Positions 12,479 through 25,745 of a stretch of DNA of 64,000 bases are shown here, piece by piece. Source of the stretch: Octopus bimaculoides (lineage: Eukaryota). The position numbers and the translations under genes are program-made. Below the pieces are notes generated by a model that had not been told where the DNA came from, searched no databases, and worked only from the letters and a program-made list of their open reading frames with translations. Location of the stretch: positions 9,545,944 through 9,609,943 of the forward strand of contig NC_068985.1 of the NCBI RefSeq assembly GCF_001194135.2, read 5' to 3'. Positions within the stretch are counted from its first letter, which is position 1. Every line of letters begins with the position of its first letter.

Positions 12479-14299
12479 TTCCAGAAAATTCTCACATAAG
12501 ATCAGATCATTGACCCTAATGTTAAATAGAATAATCAAATGTGCCTCCAACCTTTATGGCCTAGCATATAATTCTTCAAAGATAATTTACAAGCAATTTT
12601 AGAAGATGTAATATGTCAGCATAAGGTATTGATATCAAAACAATGAAACCTGATATGTTTTCTCTGAATTATATTTGTCTGGTGATTTGATCTGGAATGG
12701 AATCACAAGCTGCATCTAAACAACTGCATCATTGCAAAGCCAACCGTTACAAACAACCATTGAACAAGTTGATAATATAAATTACAACATTTGATAGTTT
12801 ATACCATTACCACAAAATTACAACAAATCAAAATGAAATACAAAAACAATATATATGTGTTTGGAATGAATATAACAAATCTTTCACCATGATAAACAAT
12901 TATTTCTTTGTTTTACATTCAAGTTTCCTTCCAGAAAATTGCCAATAGTTTAATTTTATCTTTTGAAGAATGTAAAAGTAAAAATATTTTGCCCACAGAT
13001 TCAGTATTCCATCATCAAGGAAATTTCAAAGAGAACATTTTATAAACTATTACAGCAAAATAATATCTTAGAGAAAGAAGAAGAAAACTAGAGATTGTAT
13101 TTTTTCCCCTCCATGCCCAAGACCTTTGTAAGGTTCTTACCATTGAGGGGAGGGGAATGGTATGCATGCCAATAAGAAGTGACATGTGAGGTTATCAAAT
13201 TAACCTCAGACTGACGTTCTGGTCTGAATACAACTTCGTAATAGACTGGACTTCACTGAAGACAACAAGAGCCATGTAATGTTGCTAAACTTTAGAACTA
13301 AGTGGTCTTTTCTTTTTTGATTGTCACAGTAATTGGACTGCGACCATGCTGGGGCACCACTTTGAAGGGTTTAGTCAAACAAATCAACCCCGGAACTTAT
13401 TTTATCAGTCTCTTTTTGCCAAACCACTATGTTAGTGATATAAGCCAGCCAACACTGGTTGTCAAGCTGCAGGGGCACAGACACAAATGCAATGACACAC
13501 ACACACACATACATGACAGGCTTCTTTCAGTTTCCATCTAGCAAATTGCTTCAGTCAGTTCAGGGTCATAGCAGGAGACACTTGCCCAAGATGACACAGA
13601 GTGGGACTAAGCCAGAAGCCATGCAGCCGAGAAGCAAATTTCTTGCCACACAACATTCCATCTTTGGAAGTTTCCTTTTTGGTAAGACACAAGTCTTATT
13701 TCAGAAATATTTCTTAGAAGCTCTGATGACTTTTCCAAAAATTTAAGGCAAAGCAAGGAATAGAGGAAGATTATATATTGCATTTGGCATAATGCTAAAA
13801 TATACAATAAAACAATTGATAGACAGAAGGGTGTAAACCTAATGTAGAATTATCTTGAAGTTTTTCAGTAGCATGGCCCACCCCATGGTGAGCCATGTGT
13901 GGCCTGCATCTTGCAAAAGGTCGCCCACGCTTGTTCTACATGGTCACTCAGCTGGCTTGAAATAGCAACCAGATACTCCTCAAATTACACCTTATCATTT
14001 AAAAAAAAAGGAAAAATTGAATAATGTAGTCCAAGATACACTATGCCTGAAGGAAAACAAGACAAGAAGGTCACAGACTGAAATAACTTCTGTGATCACA
14101 AGTCTTCTTAATTAAGACTGACTTGAGGGTTAAAAATTTTTTTAAAAAGTAAAAAAAACAAAACAATGTTTTGATCAAAATTAAATCTTTGAAGTCTCAC
14201 AAAGCATAATTAAACAAGAACTTTTTTAACCCCATTAATAAAAAATTCCCCAAGAGATTAATTAGAGTAACTTAAAAATAATAAATTGAGAACAAGTAT

Positions 14300-14500
14300 G
14301 AATATTCTTTTCTACTCTAGGCACAAGGCCTGAAATTTTTGGGGAGGGGGCCAGTTGATTAGATTGATCCCAGTACACAACTGGTACTTAATTTATCAAC
14401 CCCGTAAAGATGAAAGGCAAAGTTGACCTCACTGGAATTTGAACTCAAAACATAAAGACAGGCAAAATACCACAATGCATTTTGCCTGGCATGCAAACAA
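14300..14500 (-). mobile_element. Meta-domain-like SINE
   Basis: Reverse complement of the family consensus. Confidence 0.75.
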
Positions 14501-14699
14501 GTATGAATGTTACAGAAGGAATGTGTACAGATATTGTCAACATTAGTAAAGAACAGGGGTGGTGCAATCGTTAGAACTGATACAATGATAGGCTGTATAA
14601 GTTCTACAATGTTTAATATTAAGTTACATCGTTAGTTTGAATCTTAATGGGATCAGTGGTATCTTCCATGTCCTAAGGTCAATATATAACTAAATGCCC

Positions 14700-15022
14700 A
14701 GCATCGCCTTACTGGCACTTGTGCCGGTGGCACATTAGAAAACATTCAAACGAGGTCATTGCCAGTGCTACTGGACTGGCTCCTGTGCAGGTGACACATA
14801 AAAAACACCATTTTGAGCATGGCCGTTGCCAGTATCGCCTGACTGGCTCCTGTGCTGGTGGCATGTAAAAAGCACCCACTACACTCTCGGAGTGGTTGGT
14901 ATTAGGAAGGGCATCCAGCTATAGAAATCTTACCAGATCAGACTGGAGCCTGGTGCAGCCTCCTGGCTTCCCAGACCCCAGTCAAACCGTGGAAAGCGGA
15001 CATTAAATGATGACGATGATGT
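14700..15022 (+). mobile_element. RTE-tail-like SINE copy
   Basis: Subrepeats plus the common tail. Confidence 0.8.
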
Positions 15023-15114
15023 TGAGTTACATCTCTTTACATTCTGAGTTCAAATCACACCAGGATAAAAGGTCTTGCCTTTCATCCTTCCATAATCAAT
15101 ATAAGTAAATGACT

Positions 15115-15575
15115 AAGGTGGCAGGCTGGCAGAATCGTTAGCACACCGGGCAAAATGCTTAGTGGTATTTCATCTGCTTTTACATTCTGAGTTCAAATTC
15201 CACCGAGGTCGAATTTGCCTTTCATCCTTTCGGGGTCAATAAATTAAGTACTAGTTACGTACTGGGATCAATCTAATTGACTGGCCCCCTCCCCAAACAT
15301 TTTGGGCCCAGTGCTTAGAGTACAAAATATTGTTTACTATTTATTCTTTGATATTTAAGGCGGCAAACTGGCAGAGATGTTAGCAAGCCAGACAAAATGC
15401 TTAGCGGTATTTCGTCTGTCTTTACGTTTTGAGTTCAAATTCTGCAGAGATCAACTTTGCATTTCATCCTTTCAGGGTCAATAAATTAAGTACTAGTTAC
15501 GTACTGAGGTAAATCTAATTGACTGGCCCCCTCCCCAAAAAATTCGGGCCTTGTACCTAGAGTAGAAAAGAATGT
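15115..15575 (+). mobile_element. Two head-to-tail Meta-domain-like SINEs
   Basis: Copies at about 15116-15330 and 15358-15575, plus a fragment at 15035-15095. Confidence 0.8.
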
Positions 15576-16546
15576 AAGTAAATGACCAGTAGTAGAGCCA
15601 ATATAATCATGGGTAGCTTCCCAAAACATTACTGGCCTTGTGCCAATATTAGAAATCTTTGTATTAATAAGACATTGATCTGCTGTAAATTAAAGTGAAT
15701 AGAACCATGTCTAAGTGAGAAACCACAATTCGGCTTAGCTAAATAACCTGACATCTATAAGTGAGATGGACAAGAAAGGTTATAAATACTTGTGGCTTCA
15801 ATCAATAATACAGGTTCTAAGTTTATATTGAAATGTTGGCACCTATCATGAAACCTCTTGAGTATGCGGACATTTATGGGGTTACAGAAAGGAAATCAAA
15901 ATTAAGGTCTACTGTACTCTGGGGAAAAGAGCTTAAGAAATACTTTTGTGAAATCCTTCAAAACAAACATGAATTCAAAATCAATATAAGCTTTAATAAG
16001 ATTACTTAAGAGATAAATCACTGAGTGGCTAATAACAATAGTTAATCAGAAATTAATTAAATTAGTTACAGCTAAATATATTTTTTCTCCATGTTTTACA
16101 AAACGACATTGATTAAATTCCTTAATAATTCAAAACTGAAGAAATTACTAAGAATAATAAATTTAGAAACAGAATGTTTTGTGTTTAAAGTCCATGTTGT
16201 GGCACTAATTAGTTTAATTACCGACACAATTACCTGATAGTAAGATTACAATAATAACATGGAATTAACACTAGACTGAACAATGAAGGTCAGACTAAAA
16301 TATAGCTGTTTCAGATAAACAGAAGTAGGAGTTTATTTTTTGTGAATGGGAGGCAATAAGGCAACGGGTACAATTTAATAAGTATCAATGGAATAAATTA
16401 ATGTGTGACATTAGTCTTATATATATATGTATATGTCACATGATCAACCAGGCTATGAGATACTGTTATTTATCACTGGTCACAATGCATTCTGAATTGT
16501 TTTACCTTTCAAATGATACCACTCCATTTGCTAGGCAAGCAGACTA

Positions 16547-16615
<69 letters not shown>

Positions 16616-17249
16616 NNNNNNNNNNNNNNNNNNNNNNNNNNNNNNNNNNNNNNNNNNNNNNNNNNNNNNNNNNNNNNNNNNNNNNNNNNNNNNNNNNNNN
16701 NNNNNNNNNNNNNNNNNNNNNNNNNNNNNNNNNNNNNNNNNNNNNNNNNNNNNNNNNNNNNNNNNNNNNNNNNNNNNNNNNNNNNNNNNNNNNNNNNNNN
16801 NNNNNNNNNNNNNNNNNNNNNNNNNNNNNNNNNNNNNNNNNNNNNNNNNNNNNNNNNNNNNNNNNNNNNNNNNNNNNNNNNNNNNNNNNNNNNNNNNNNN
16901 NNNNNNNNNNNNNNNNNNNNNNNNNNNNNNNNNNNNNNNNNNNNNNNNNNNNNNNNNNNNNNNNNNNNNNNNNNNNNNNNNNNNNNNNNNNNNNNNNNNN
17001 NNNNNNNNNNNNNNNNNNNNNNNNNNNNNNNNNNNNNNNNNNNNNNNNNNNNNNNNNNNNNNNNNNNNNNNNNNNNNNNNNNNNNNNNNNNNNNNNNNNN
17101 NNNNNNNNNNNNNNNNNNNNNNNNNNNNNNNNNNNNNNNNNNNNNNNNNNNNNNNNNNNNNNNNNNNNNNNNNNNNNNNNNNNNNATATATATATATATA
17201 TACATACAATATAGGATAAAAGATATGCACAAATACATACATATGTATG

Positions 17250-17830
17250 TATTCTTTTATTTTTTTACTTGTTTCAGTCGTTTGACTATGGCCATGCTAG
17301 AGCACTGCCTTTAACTGAGCAAACCGACCCCAGGACTTATTCTTTGCCTGCCTAGCACTTACTCTATTGGTCTCTTTGCCGAACCGCTAAGTCATGGGGA
17401 TGTAAACACACCAACACCGGTTGTCAAGCAATGTTGGGGAGACAAACACAGAGACACAAACATATACATTTTTTTTTTCTCCGTGTTTTTCTCCTTGTCT
17501 CCGTATTCTTTCTGTTGAAGAGCGTAGCTCGAAACGTCAAAGACTTTCCGCATTCCCGAGCATCATACTAATATATACTTTTGTTATTTACACCACCTGT
17601 CCTCGTCTGTTGCTATTTTTTGTATATTCTCCCATATATATATATATACATATACACATATATATGACAGGCTTCTTTCAGTTTCTGTTTACCAAACTGA
17701 TTCACAAGGCTTTGGTTGGTCCAAGGCTATAGTAGAAGACACTTGCCCAAGGTACCACACAGTGGGACTGAACCCAGAACCATGTGGTTGGTAAGCAAGC
17801 TACTTACTGCACAGCTACTCCTGCACCTAT
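17250..17830 (-). mobile_element. CORE-like SINE interrupted at its internal microsatellite by a ~170-bp insert (17470-17640)
   Basis: SINE 3' half at 17250-17460 and 5' half at 17660-17830; the insert has homologues at 22770-22880 and, inverted, at 62820-62950. Confidence 0.7.
17507..17543 (+). ncRNA. Minimal type-I hammerhead-like motif with one core substitution
   Basis: TCTTT-CTGTTGA-A-GAGC(GTA)GCTC-GAAA-CGTC-AAAGA: 5-bp stem I, 4-bp stem II, loopless ACGT stem III, GUC site; conserved A6 is replaced by U. Confidence 0.55.
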
Positions 17831-18559
17831 GTATATATATATGTGTGCATATATTTGAGTCTATCTTTCTTTTGTCTTTTACCTATTTCAGTCATTGGCC
17901 TAAAGCCATGCTAGGTTATCACCTTGAAGAGTTTAGTCACAAAAATCAACCCTGGAACTTATTCTTTAAGTCTGGTAGTTTTCTACCACTTTCTTTTACG
18001 AAGCCACCACTAACTTAAGGGGATGTAAACAAACCAACACAAATTGTTAAGCAGGGAGGGGGCAAAGAGCACAACACACATATATGTATATACATGAGAG
18101 GATTGCACAGTTTCCAACCTCGAAATTCGTTCACAAGGCTTTGGTTGACTTGTAGATATAGTAGAAGACACTTGCCCAAGGTGCTGTGCAGCAGGATTAA
18201 ACCCAAAGACCGTACGGTCACAAAGTCAGCTCATTAACTACACAGCCATGTCTGTCCCTACACACACACACACAATGAGGTCAGATAATAGTGACAAGTA
18301 AGGAGAAAGACAAGCAGAGAGAATGGTCTCTGATCAAAGAAAATGTGCCAGTAAGATTGTTACTATAACAACCGTAAGAACATCACTATTGTAACTGTGT
18401 TATTGAAACAATTTGTGAGGAAAGAAGACACAGGTCTTGGCTACAAAGATATATCAATAAAATAAACAAACAAAAAAATGCAGGTCTTAAAAATATTGAT
18501 GATAAAAGTAGTTTGTGTTCACAATATGACACAATGATGCTTTCAGTGGTTAGCCTTAA

Positions 18560-19078
18560 CCCTTTTGTTACCGGATTTCTGCTGAGATGTTCTGTGTTTC
18601 TTTCAATTAATTTTAAATATAACAAAGAATTTAGGGAAATAACTTAGTTATCTTTAAGCTAGTGTTAGGAACATAAATTGTGACTAAGGTTTGGTGGAAG
18701 ATTTTAATTCAGAACTTATGAAAACAAGACATATGTACTACAGAGCCAAAGGTGGTTTCAGCCGGGTTGATAACGAAGGGGTTAAGAATTGTTTCTCTAT
18801 TATATATTTTAACCCTTTTGTGACCATATTTCTGTTGAGATGTTCTGTGTTTCTTTCAATTAATTTTAAATATAACATAGAATTTAGTGAAATAACTTAG
18901 TTATCTTTAAGCTAGTGTTAGGAAGATAAATTGTGACTAAGGTTTGGTGGAAGATTTTAATTCAAAACTTATGAAAACAAGATATTTGTATTCAGAGCCA
19001 GAGCTGGTTTCAGCTGGGTTGATAACGAAGGGGCTAAGAATTGTTTCTCTATTATATATTTTAACCCTTTTGTGACCA
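18560..19078. mobile_element. Tandem piggyBac-like MITEs, family P1 (2 full copies plus the start of a third)
   Basis: TTAA|CCCTTTT...GAAGGGG|TTAA at 18560-18781 and 18813-19033 (right flank mutated to CTAA), third start at 19065; the same 23-nt spacer separates the units. Confidence 0.8.
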
Positions 19079-22000
19079 ACAGTAGCATTGTTCCCTTCAG
19101 GGAACTGTCACATTAAGTTGACAGCATACAACTACTTAAACTAATACTAGTTGTCAAGCAATGGTGGAGAACAAACACAAACACACAGAAGGGGCTTCTT
19201 TCAGTTTCCAACTACGAAATCCACTCACAAGGCTTTGGTCAGCCCTAAGATTAGAGTAGAAGGAACTTGCCCAAGGTACCATGCTGTTGGAGTGAACCTG
19301 AAACCATGTTGTTGGGAAGCAAGCTTACACACCTTATCCATAAAATTAATAAATGTCATGTTTATGCTGTGTTCTAAAAGTTAATTCTTTCAAAACATAA
19401 ACACACTTTCTTCACCCAAATAATCTTTGAACAATTCTGGTTAACAGCCAGCAGATTTTAAAAAAAACGATGATGATGATGATGATGATGAGCCAGCTGC
19501 AAGAGAGCAACAGATTGTTTCAGATATTATATAAGATCTGTTATACTGCCAGGTCACTAAAGCACAGATTTTAACCCATTTAATACCAGCTCATCTGAGA
19601 CCACTCCTAGCTCTATGCTACAATTTCACTGTGTTGAAGTGATCTAAAAACTCTCCTGCAAAATTTCCTTTTAATTTACTTTTCAAACACCAGCTTTAAA
19701 CTATCAAGCTTATTTTAGGAGCCTGTAGGACTACACAGTTGAATGCGACTTTCCATTATTTGATACCGAAAGGGGCAATCTGAGTGAGATGTTTGAAATC
19801 AGTGAATGTATTTCACTAGAATTATTAGATGTTTACAAGGGCTAGATAGGCATCTCCAACTAGCAAGCCATGCTACTCCAGACTGAAAACGAGCAATAAC
19901 TCAGAAACCAGTCTCCGGATGCTGGCTTAGCTGGGTGGAGGTGCTTATCTCCCCCTTGTAAACATAAGGACACAGGAAATGTGTCAATGCCGACAGGAAG
20001 CGGTGCTGCTTCCTAGGGCTAAATAGCAGTAGTATTATTCCCTTCATGGGACTGTCACATTAAGTTGACAGCATACAACTACTTTATAAATCTCTGTGAG
20101 AGATTTAGAAATGTATTATTTCTCTTTCTCTGTGTGTGTGTGTGTGTGTGTNNNNNNNNNNNNNNNNNNNNNNNNNNNNNNNNNNNNNNNNNNNNNNNNN
20201 NNNNNNNNNNNNNNNNNNNNNNNNNNNNNNNNNNNNNNNNNNNNNNNNNNNNNNNNNNNNNNNNNNNNNNNNNNNNNNNNNNNNNNNNNNNNNNNNNNNN
20301 NNNNNNNNNNNNNNNNNNNNNNNNNNNNNNNNNNNNNNNNNNNNNNNNNNNNNNNNNNNNNNNNNNNNNNNNNNNNNNNNNNNNNNNNNNNNNNNNNNNN
20401 NNNNNNNNNNNNNNNNNNNNNNNNNNNNNNNNNNNNNNNNNNNNNNNNNNNNNNNNNNNNNNNNNNNNNNNNNNNNNNNNGGGGGGGGCAGTCGATTAGG
20501 TCGACCCCCAGAACACAACTGGTACTTAATTTATCTATCCCCGAAAGGATAAAAGGTAAAGTCGACCTCGGTGGAATTTGAACTCAGAATGTAAAGACAG
20601 ATGAAATGCCGCTACGCGAAGTTTTATATTGAAGGCTTATTTCACTATAAAAATATGTTAATGAAATATAATGGAATGTGCCTGAAAGTTGTTGGCCTGT
20701 TTCCTTAGTAGGAAACAAAAATTAGATGTTTCTAAGAAAAATAAAATAAATAAGAATTCAAAGAATTAATTATCTACAATACACACCAAACACACACACA
20801 CAAATGTCATGAAAAAATACAACTTGCAGAGTTCCAGATTGAACTTTAAATGAAGAAATAAACAGTAAAACCGCATTAACTGACTGAGATACAAACAAAA
20901 GAGCTGAGTGTGTGTGTGCGTGCGTGCGTGCATGTGTGTGTGAGTCTGATGCAGGAAATGCATACTGTATTCTCTGGGCCCCATCAAAGTCGAAATTATA
21001 AATAATTGAAGAAAACAATGAAACCCCAAATTCTTTCGGGGGGGGGGGGCTCTGTGTAATTTCACAATTTTTTTTGTGTATTGCATCTAAAATAAGCTAC
21101 CCCCTTCTTCTATCCTATAATTTTTTTTCCCTCTGAGACTATCAGCTGTTTCTGATTAAGTTAAAGACAAAAAACTCATGTCGCAGTGCCACTTCCTGCT
21201 CGTCAATCTTATTCATATATTCAGTGATAAACATATTTTTAGATATGGTAACCTCAATCTGAAAATAACCATTTTATAAATGGGCTGTTGTAGTTGTCTT
21301 TTGCTCTCCTGTCAGCTCTGATCAAGCAGGCGCTAAGATCAAACCCAGCGTTATCTCATTGTTTTATATTCTTTCACTGCTTTCAGGCAGTAGACAGTAA
21401 CCATGACAGAGTCCTGTCTTGTATGATTTAATCAATAAAACCAGCCTAGAGCATATTTTTAATCCAGGTAATTATTTTATTAAGTTCTCTATTACTCTTT
21501 TACTTGTTTCAGTCATTTGACTGCGGCCATGCTGGAGCACCACCTTTAGTCGAGAAATTGACCCCAGGACTTATTCTTGTAAGCCTAGTACTTATTCTAT
21601 CGGTCTTTTTTTGCCGAACCGCTAAGTTACGGGGACGTAAACACACCAGCATCGGTTGTCAAGCGATGGTGGGGGGACAAACACAGACACACAGACACAC
21701 AAACACACATACATATATATAGACACATACACTCTTTNNNNNNNNNNNNNNNNNNNNNNNNNNNNNNNNNNNNNNNNNNNNNNNNNNNNNNNNNNNNNNN
21801 NNNNNNNNNNNNNNNNNNNNNNNNNNNNNNNNNNNNNNNNNNNNNNNNNNNNNNNNNNNNNNNNNNNNNNNNNNNNNNNNNNNNNNNNNNNNNNNNNNNN
21901 NNNNNNNNNNNNNNNNNNNNNNNNNNNNNNNNNNNNNNNNNNNNNNNNNNNNNNNNNNNNNNNNNNNNNNNNNNNNNNNNNNNNNNNNNNNNNNNNNNNN

Positions 22001-22914
22001 NNNNNNNNNNNNNNNNNNNNNNNNNNNNNNNNNNNNNNNNNNNNNNNNNNNNNNNNNNNNNNNNNNNNNNNNNNNNNNNNNNNNNNNNNNNNNNNNNNNN
22101 NNNNNNNNNNNNNNNNNNNNNNNNNNNNNNNNNNNNNNNNNNNNNNNNNNNNNNNNNNNNNNNNNNNNNNNNNNNNNNNNNNNNNNNNNNNNNNNNNNNN
22201 NNNNNNNNNNNNNNNNNNNNNNNNNNNNNNNNNNNNNNNNNNNNNNNNNNNNNNNNNNNNNNNNNNNNNNNNNNNNNNNNNNNNNNNNNNNNNNNNNNNN
22301 NNNNNNNNNNNNNNNNNNNNNNNNNNNNNNNNNNNNNNNNNNNNNNNNNNNNNNNNNNNNNNNNNNNNNNNNNNNNNNNNNNNNNAAAGCACCCACTACA
22401 CTCTCTGAGTGGTTGGCGTTAGGAAGGGCATCCAGCTGTAGAAACTCTGCCAAATCAAATTGGAGCCTGGTGTAGCCATCTGGTTTCACCAGTCCTCAGT
22501 CAAATCGTCCAACCCATGCTAGCATGGAAAGCGGACGTTAAACGACGACGACGACGACGATATACATATATACGACGCGCTTCTTTCAGTTTCCGTCTAC
22601 CAAATCCACTCACAAGGCTTTGGCCAGCCCGAGGTTATAGTAGAAGGCACTTGCCCAAGGTGCCACGCAGTGGGACTGAACCCGGAACCATGTGGTTGGT
22701 AAGCAAGCTGCTTACCACACAGCCACTCATGTGTCATTAAACAATTAAGTTTCTCAAAAACAGTTAACATACACTTTGAGAAACGTAAAAGACTTTCTCA
22801 CCTTCCGAGCGTTAAACTAATACACATGTTTGTTGTTTATACACCTGTCTTCATCTTTTGGTTTTTTTTTGTAAATTCCAACTAAATGAAATCGAAATCG
22901 TAATTGAACCATAT

Positions 22915-23375
22915 TCGATGACTGGCACCTGTGCCGGTGGAGCACTAACAGCACCGTCCGAGTGTGATCATTGCCAGAGCAGCTGTCTGGTTTCCATGCC
23001 AGTGGCATGTAAATAGCACCATTTGAGCATGATCTTTACCAGTGTCACCTTACTGGCACCTGTGCCGGTGGCACATTAGAAATCATTCGAGCGAGCTTGT
23101 TGCCAGTGCCACTGGACTGGTTCCTGTGCAGGTGGCACATAAAAAACGCCATTCTGAGCATGACCGTTGCCAGTACCGCCTGACTGGCCCTCGTACCGGT
23201 GGCACGTAAAAGCACCCACTACACTCTCGGAGTGGTTGGCGTTAGGAAGGGCATCCAGCTGTAGAAACTCTGCCAGATCAGATTGGAGCCTGGTGCAGCC
23301 TTCTGGTTTCACCAGTCCTCAGTCAAATCATCCCATCCATGCTAGCATGGAAAGCGGACGTTAAACGATGATGAT
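22915..23375 (+). mobile_element. Longest RTE-tail-like SINE copy in the window
   Basis: Several ACTGGC.CCTGTGCCGGTGGCAC subrepeats, then the common tail and (GAT)n. Confidence 0.8.
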
Positions 23376-24673
23376 ATATGACTGGCTTTGGTACAAGTTT
23401 TACTTGGAAAACCATTGGTTGACTTGAGACTAAAGCGGAAGAGACTTGCCAAAGGTAGCATACAGTGCAACTAAACCTGAAACCAAGAGCATATGAAGCA
23501 AGCTTTTTAGCTGCCCAGCCAAGCGTGTCCTTGTGTACATGGCCACACCTGCGCCTCCACCACACAGCTAAGTCTACATTATCTATGAGTTAGTTTATTT
23601 TTAAAACCAGTAAATACAAAACAGTCACAGCTATAGACCCATTCAACCAACGCTGTATACATGACTACATTTGTTAAACTGTTGTATCTATCAGATCCTG
23701 CTGTTGACAATGCAAGGCTGAAGTCAAAATAAAGCCAAGATTTAATTTTACTGCCTTTTGTAATAATTCGTTTAAACGGAAACAAAATAGCACCAACTTA
23801 CTACTACAAGTAAACTTTGAGCAATTTTAAGCCAGCTGTTATTGGTTGGCTTTGTTCATTATACAGCAATATTATGGTTGAAGGGGGAGAAAAATAAAGA
23901 GGTAAAAATAGAGAAAGAAACAAACTGTTTTAAGTTTCCAATCAAATGAACACAGCCAATAAATGTTAAGGTATTGCTCAAATAATTATTGGCTTGTTTG
24001 TTTTTGTTTTTTGGTGGTAGGATTACATTTTTTTTTCCCACCCATCTGCTGCCAGAGATAATAATAATTTTAGTCTCATTTAACCATTTTTATGAGGCAC
24101 TTGTAAAGCTTCTTTGAAATTTTCAAATACAGCAATAGCAGAATGATCTGAGTTCAAAAATCTAGTTACAGATCCTCTTGAGTAGAGCGTATTTTATTTT
24201 ATATTATAAAATTTTTTTTTTTCATTCTTTTACTTGTTTCAGTCATGTGACTGCAGCCATGCTGGAGCACCACCTTTTGTCGAACAAATCGACCCGCAGG
24301 ACTTAGTCTTTTAAAGCCNNNNNNNNNNNNNNNNNNNNNNNNNNNNNNNNNNNNNNNNNNNNNNNNNNNNNNNNNNNNNNNNNNNNNNNNNNNNNNNNNN
24401 NNNNNNNNNNNNNNNNNNNNNNNNNNNNNNNNNNNNNNNNNNNNNNNNNNNNNNNNNNNNNNNNNNNNNNNNNNNNNNNNNNNNNNNNNNNNNNNNNNNN
24501 NNNNNNNNNNNNNNNNNNNNNNNNNNNNNNNNNNNNNNNNNNNNNNNNNNNNNNNNNNNNNNNNNNNNNNNNNNNNNNNNNNNNNNNNNNNNNNNNNNNN
24601 NNNNNNNNNNNNNNNNNNNNNNNNNNNNNNNNNNNNNNNNNNNNNNNNNNNNNNNNNNNNNNNNNNNNNNNNN

Positions 24674-24710
<37 letters not shown>

Positions 24711-24717
24711 TCAGGTC

Positions 24718-24951
24718 ACTAGGCAGTAACCTGAATACTACTAATAATAATAATAATAACATTGAACAATACCTTAGGAATGAGAACCCAGGTTCGAAAT
24801 TTCCCCAAGACACCTGATGAAGGCTGGAGGGTATATCAGCCGAAACGTTGTGTTAACAACAAACAAGATGAGGACAAATATCCGTCAAATGTAAAATAAT
24901 GTAAATAATGAAAATAATGTACATAATTCCTCATGTCTTAAATATAGAACT
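24718..24951 (+). mobile_element. 5'-truncated copy of the tRNA-headed, hammerhead-bearing SINE
   Basis: (AAT)n then ATACCTTAGGAAT.AGAACC.AGGTTCGAAATTTCCCCAAGACACCTGATGA...AAATATAGAACTG, nearly identical to 42290-42464. Confidence 0.75.
24809..24854 (+). ncRNA. Minimal type-I hammerhead ribozyme motif (Penelope-type)
   Basis: GACAC-CTGATGA-A-GGCTG(GAGGGTATAT)CAGCC-GAAA-CGTT-GTGTT: intact core, 5-bp stem II, palindromic loopless stem III (AACGTT), GUU site, stem I GACAC/GTGTT with one G-U pair. Activity is untested. Confidence 0.7.
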
Positions 24952-25529
24952 GAATAAAATGATTCATAAACAAAGACACCCATCCAGAAAGGAATGAAAA
25001 GCCATCACCTAAGAAACGAGAGGAGAGCACAGAAATCCGATCACCTCTGCACCACCAGGCACTCCTTGCTTTTTGCTAACTGCAAACTACAAGTGGAATT
25101 TGTGCATTGACCCTCAATAAGAAGAAAGGAAAGGAAAGAATAAAAGAAATATAAAAGAAAAAAATAAGTGAATAAAATAATAAGCAAGAGATGCGAATAC
25201 AGCTCTGTGGTTAAGAAGATCAGGGTTTCAAGTTCAGTCCCACTGCAAAGCACCTTTGGATAGCCCTGGGGTCAACAAATGTCTTGTGAGTGAATTTGTT
25301 AGACAGAAACTGTGTGGAAGCCCATCGTGTGTGTGTGTGTGTGTGCCACCACTTGACAACTAGCGTTGATTTGTTTACATGAATGTAAACAAACCAGCAT
25401 TGTCAAAAGCAAACAATAGAACAAGTATCGTACTTCAAGATAAATACATGGGGCTGATTCGTTCGACTCAAATCTTCAAGGCAGTGTCCCAGCATGGCCA
25501 CAGTCCAATGACTGAAACGACCACATATT

Positions 25530-25745
25530 TCTTTATTGCCCACAGGGGGCTAAACATAGAGGGGACAAACAAAGGGTTTAAGTTGATTCCATCGACCCCG
25601 GTGCATAGCTGGTACTTATTTAATCGACCCCGAAAGGATGAAAGGCAACATCGACATCGGCGGAGTTTGAACTCAGAATGTAAAGACAGACGAAATAGCG
25701 CTAAGCATTTCGCCCGGCGTGCTAACGATTCTGCCAGCTCGCCGC
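25530..25745 (-). mobile_element. Meta-domain-like SINE, alternative-tail subfamily
   Basis: Tail shared with 50486-50720 (TTTGTCCCCTCT...GTGGGCA.TAAAGAAATA) and different from that of 2495-2705. Confidence 0.75.
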
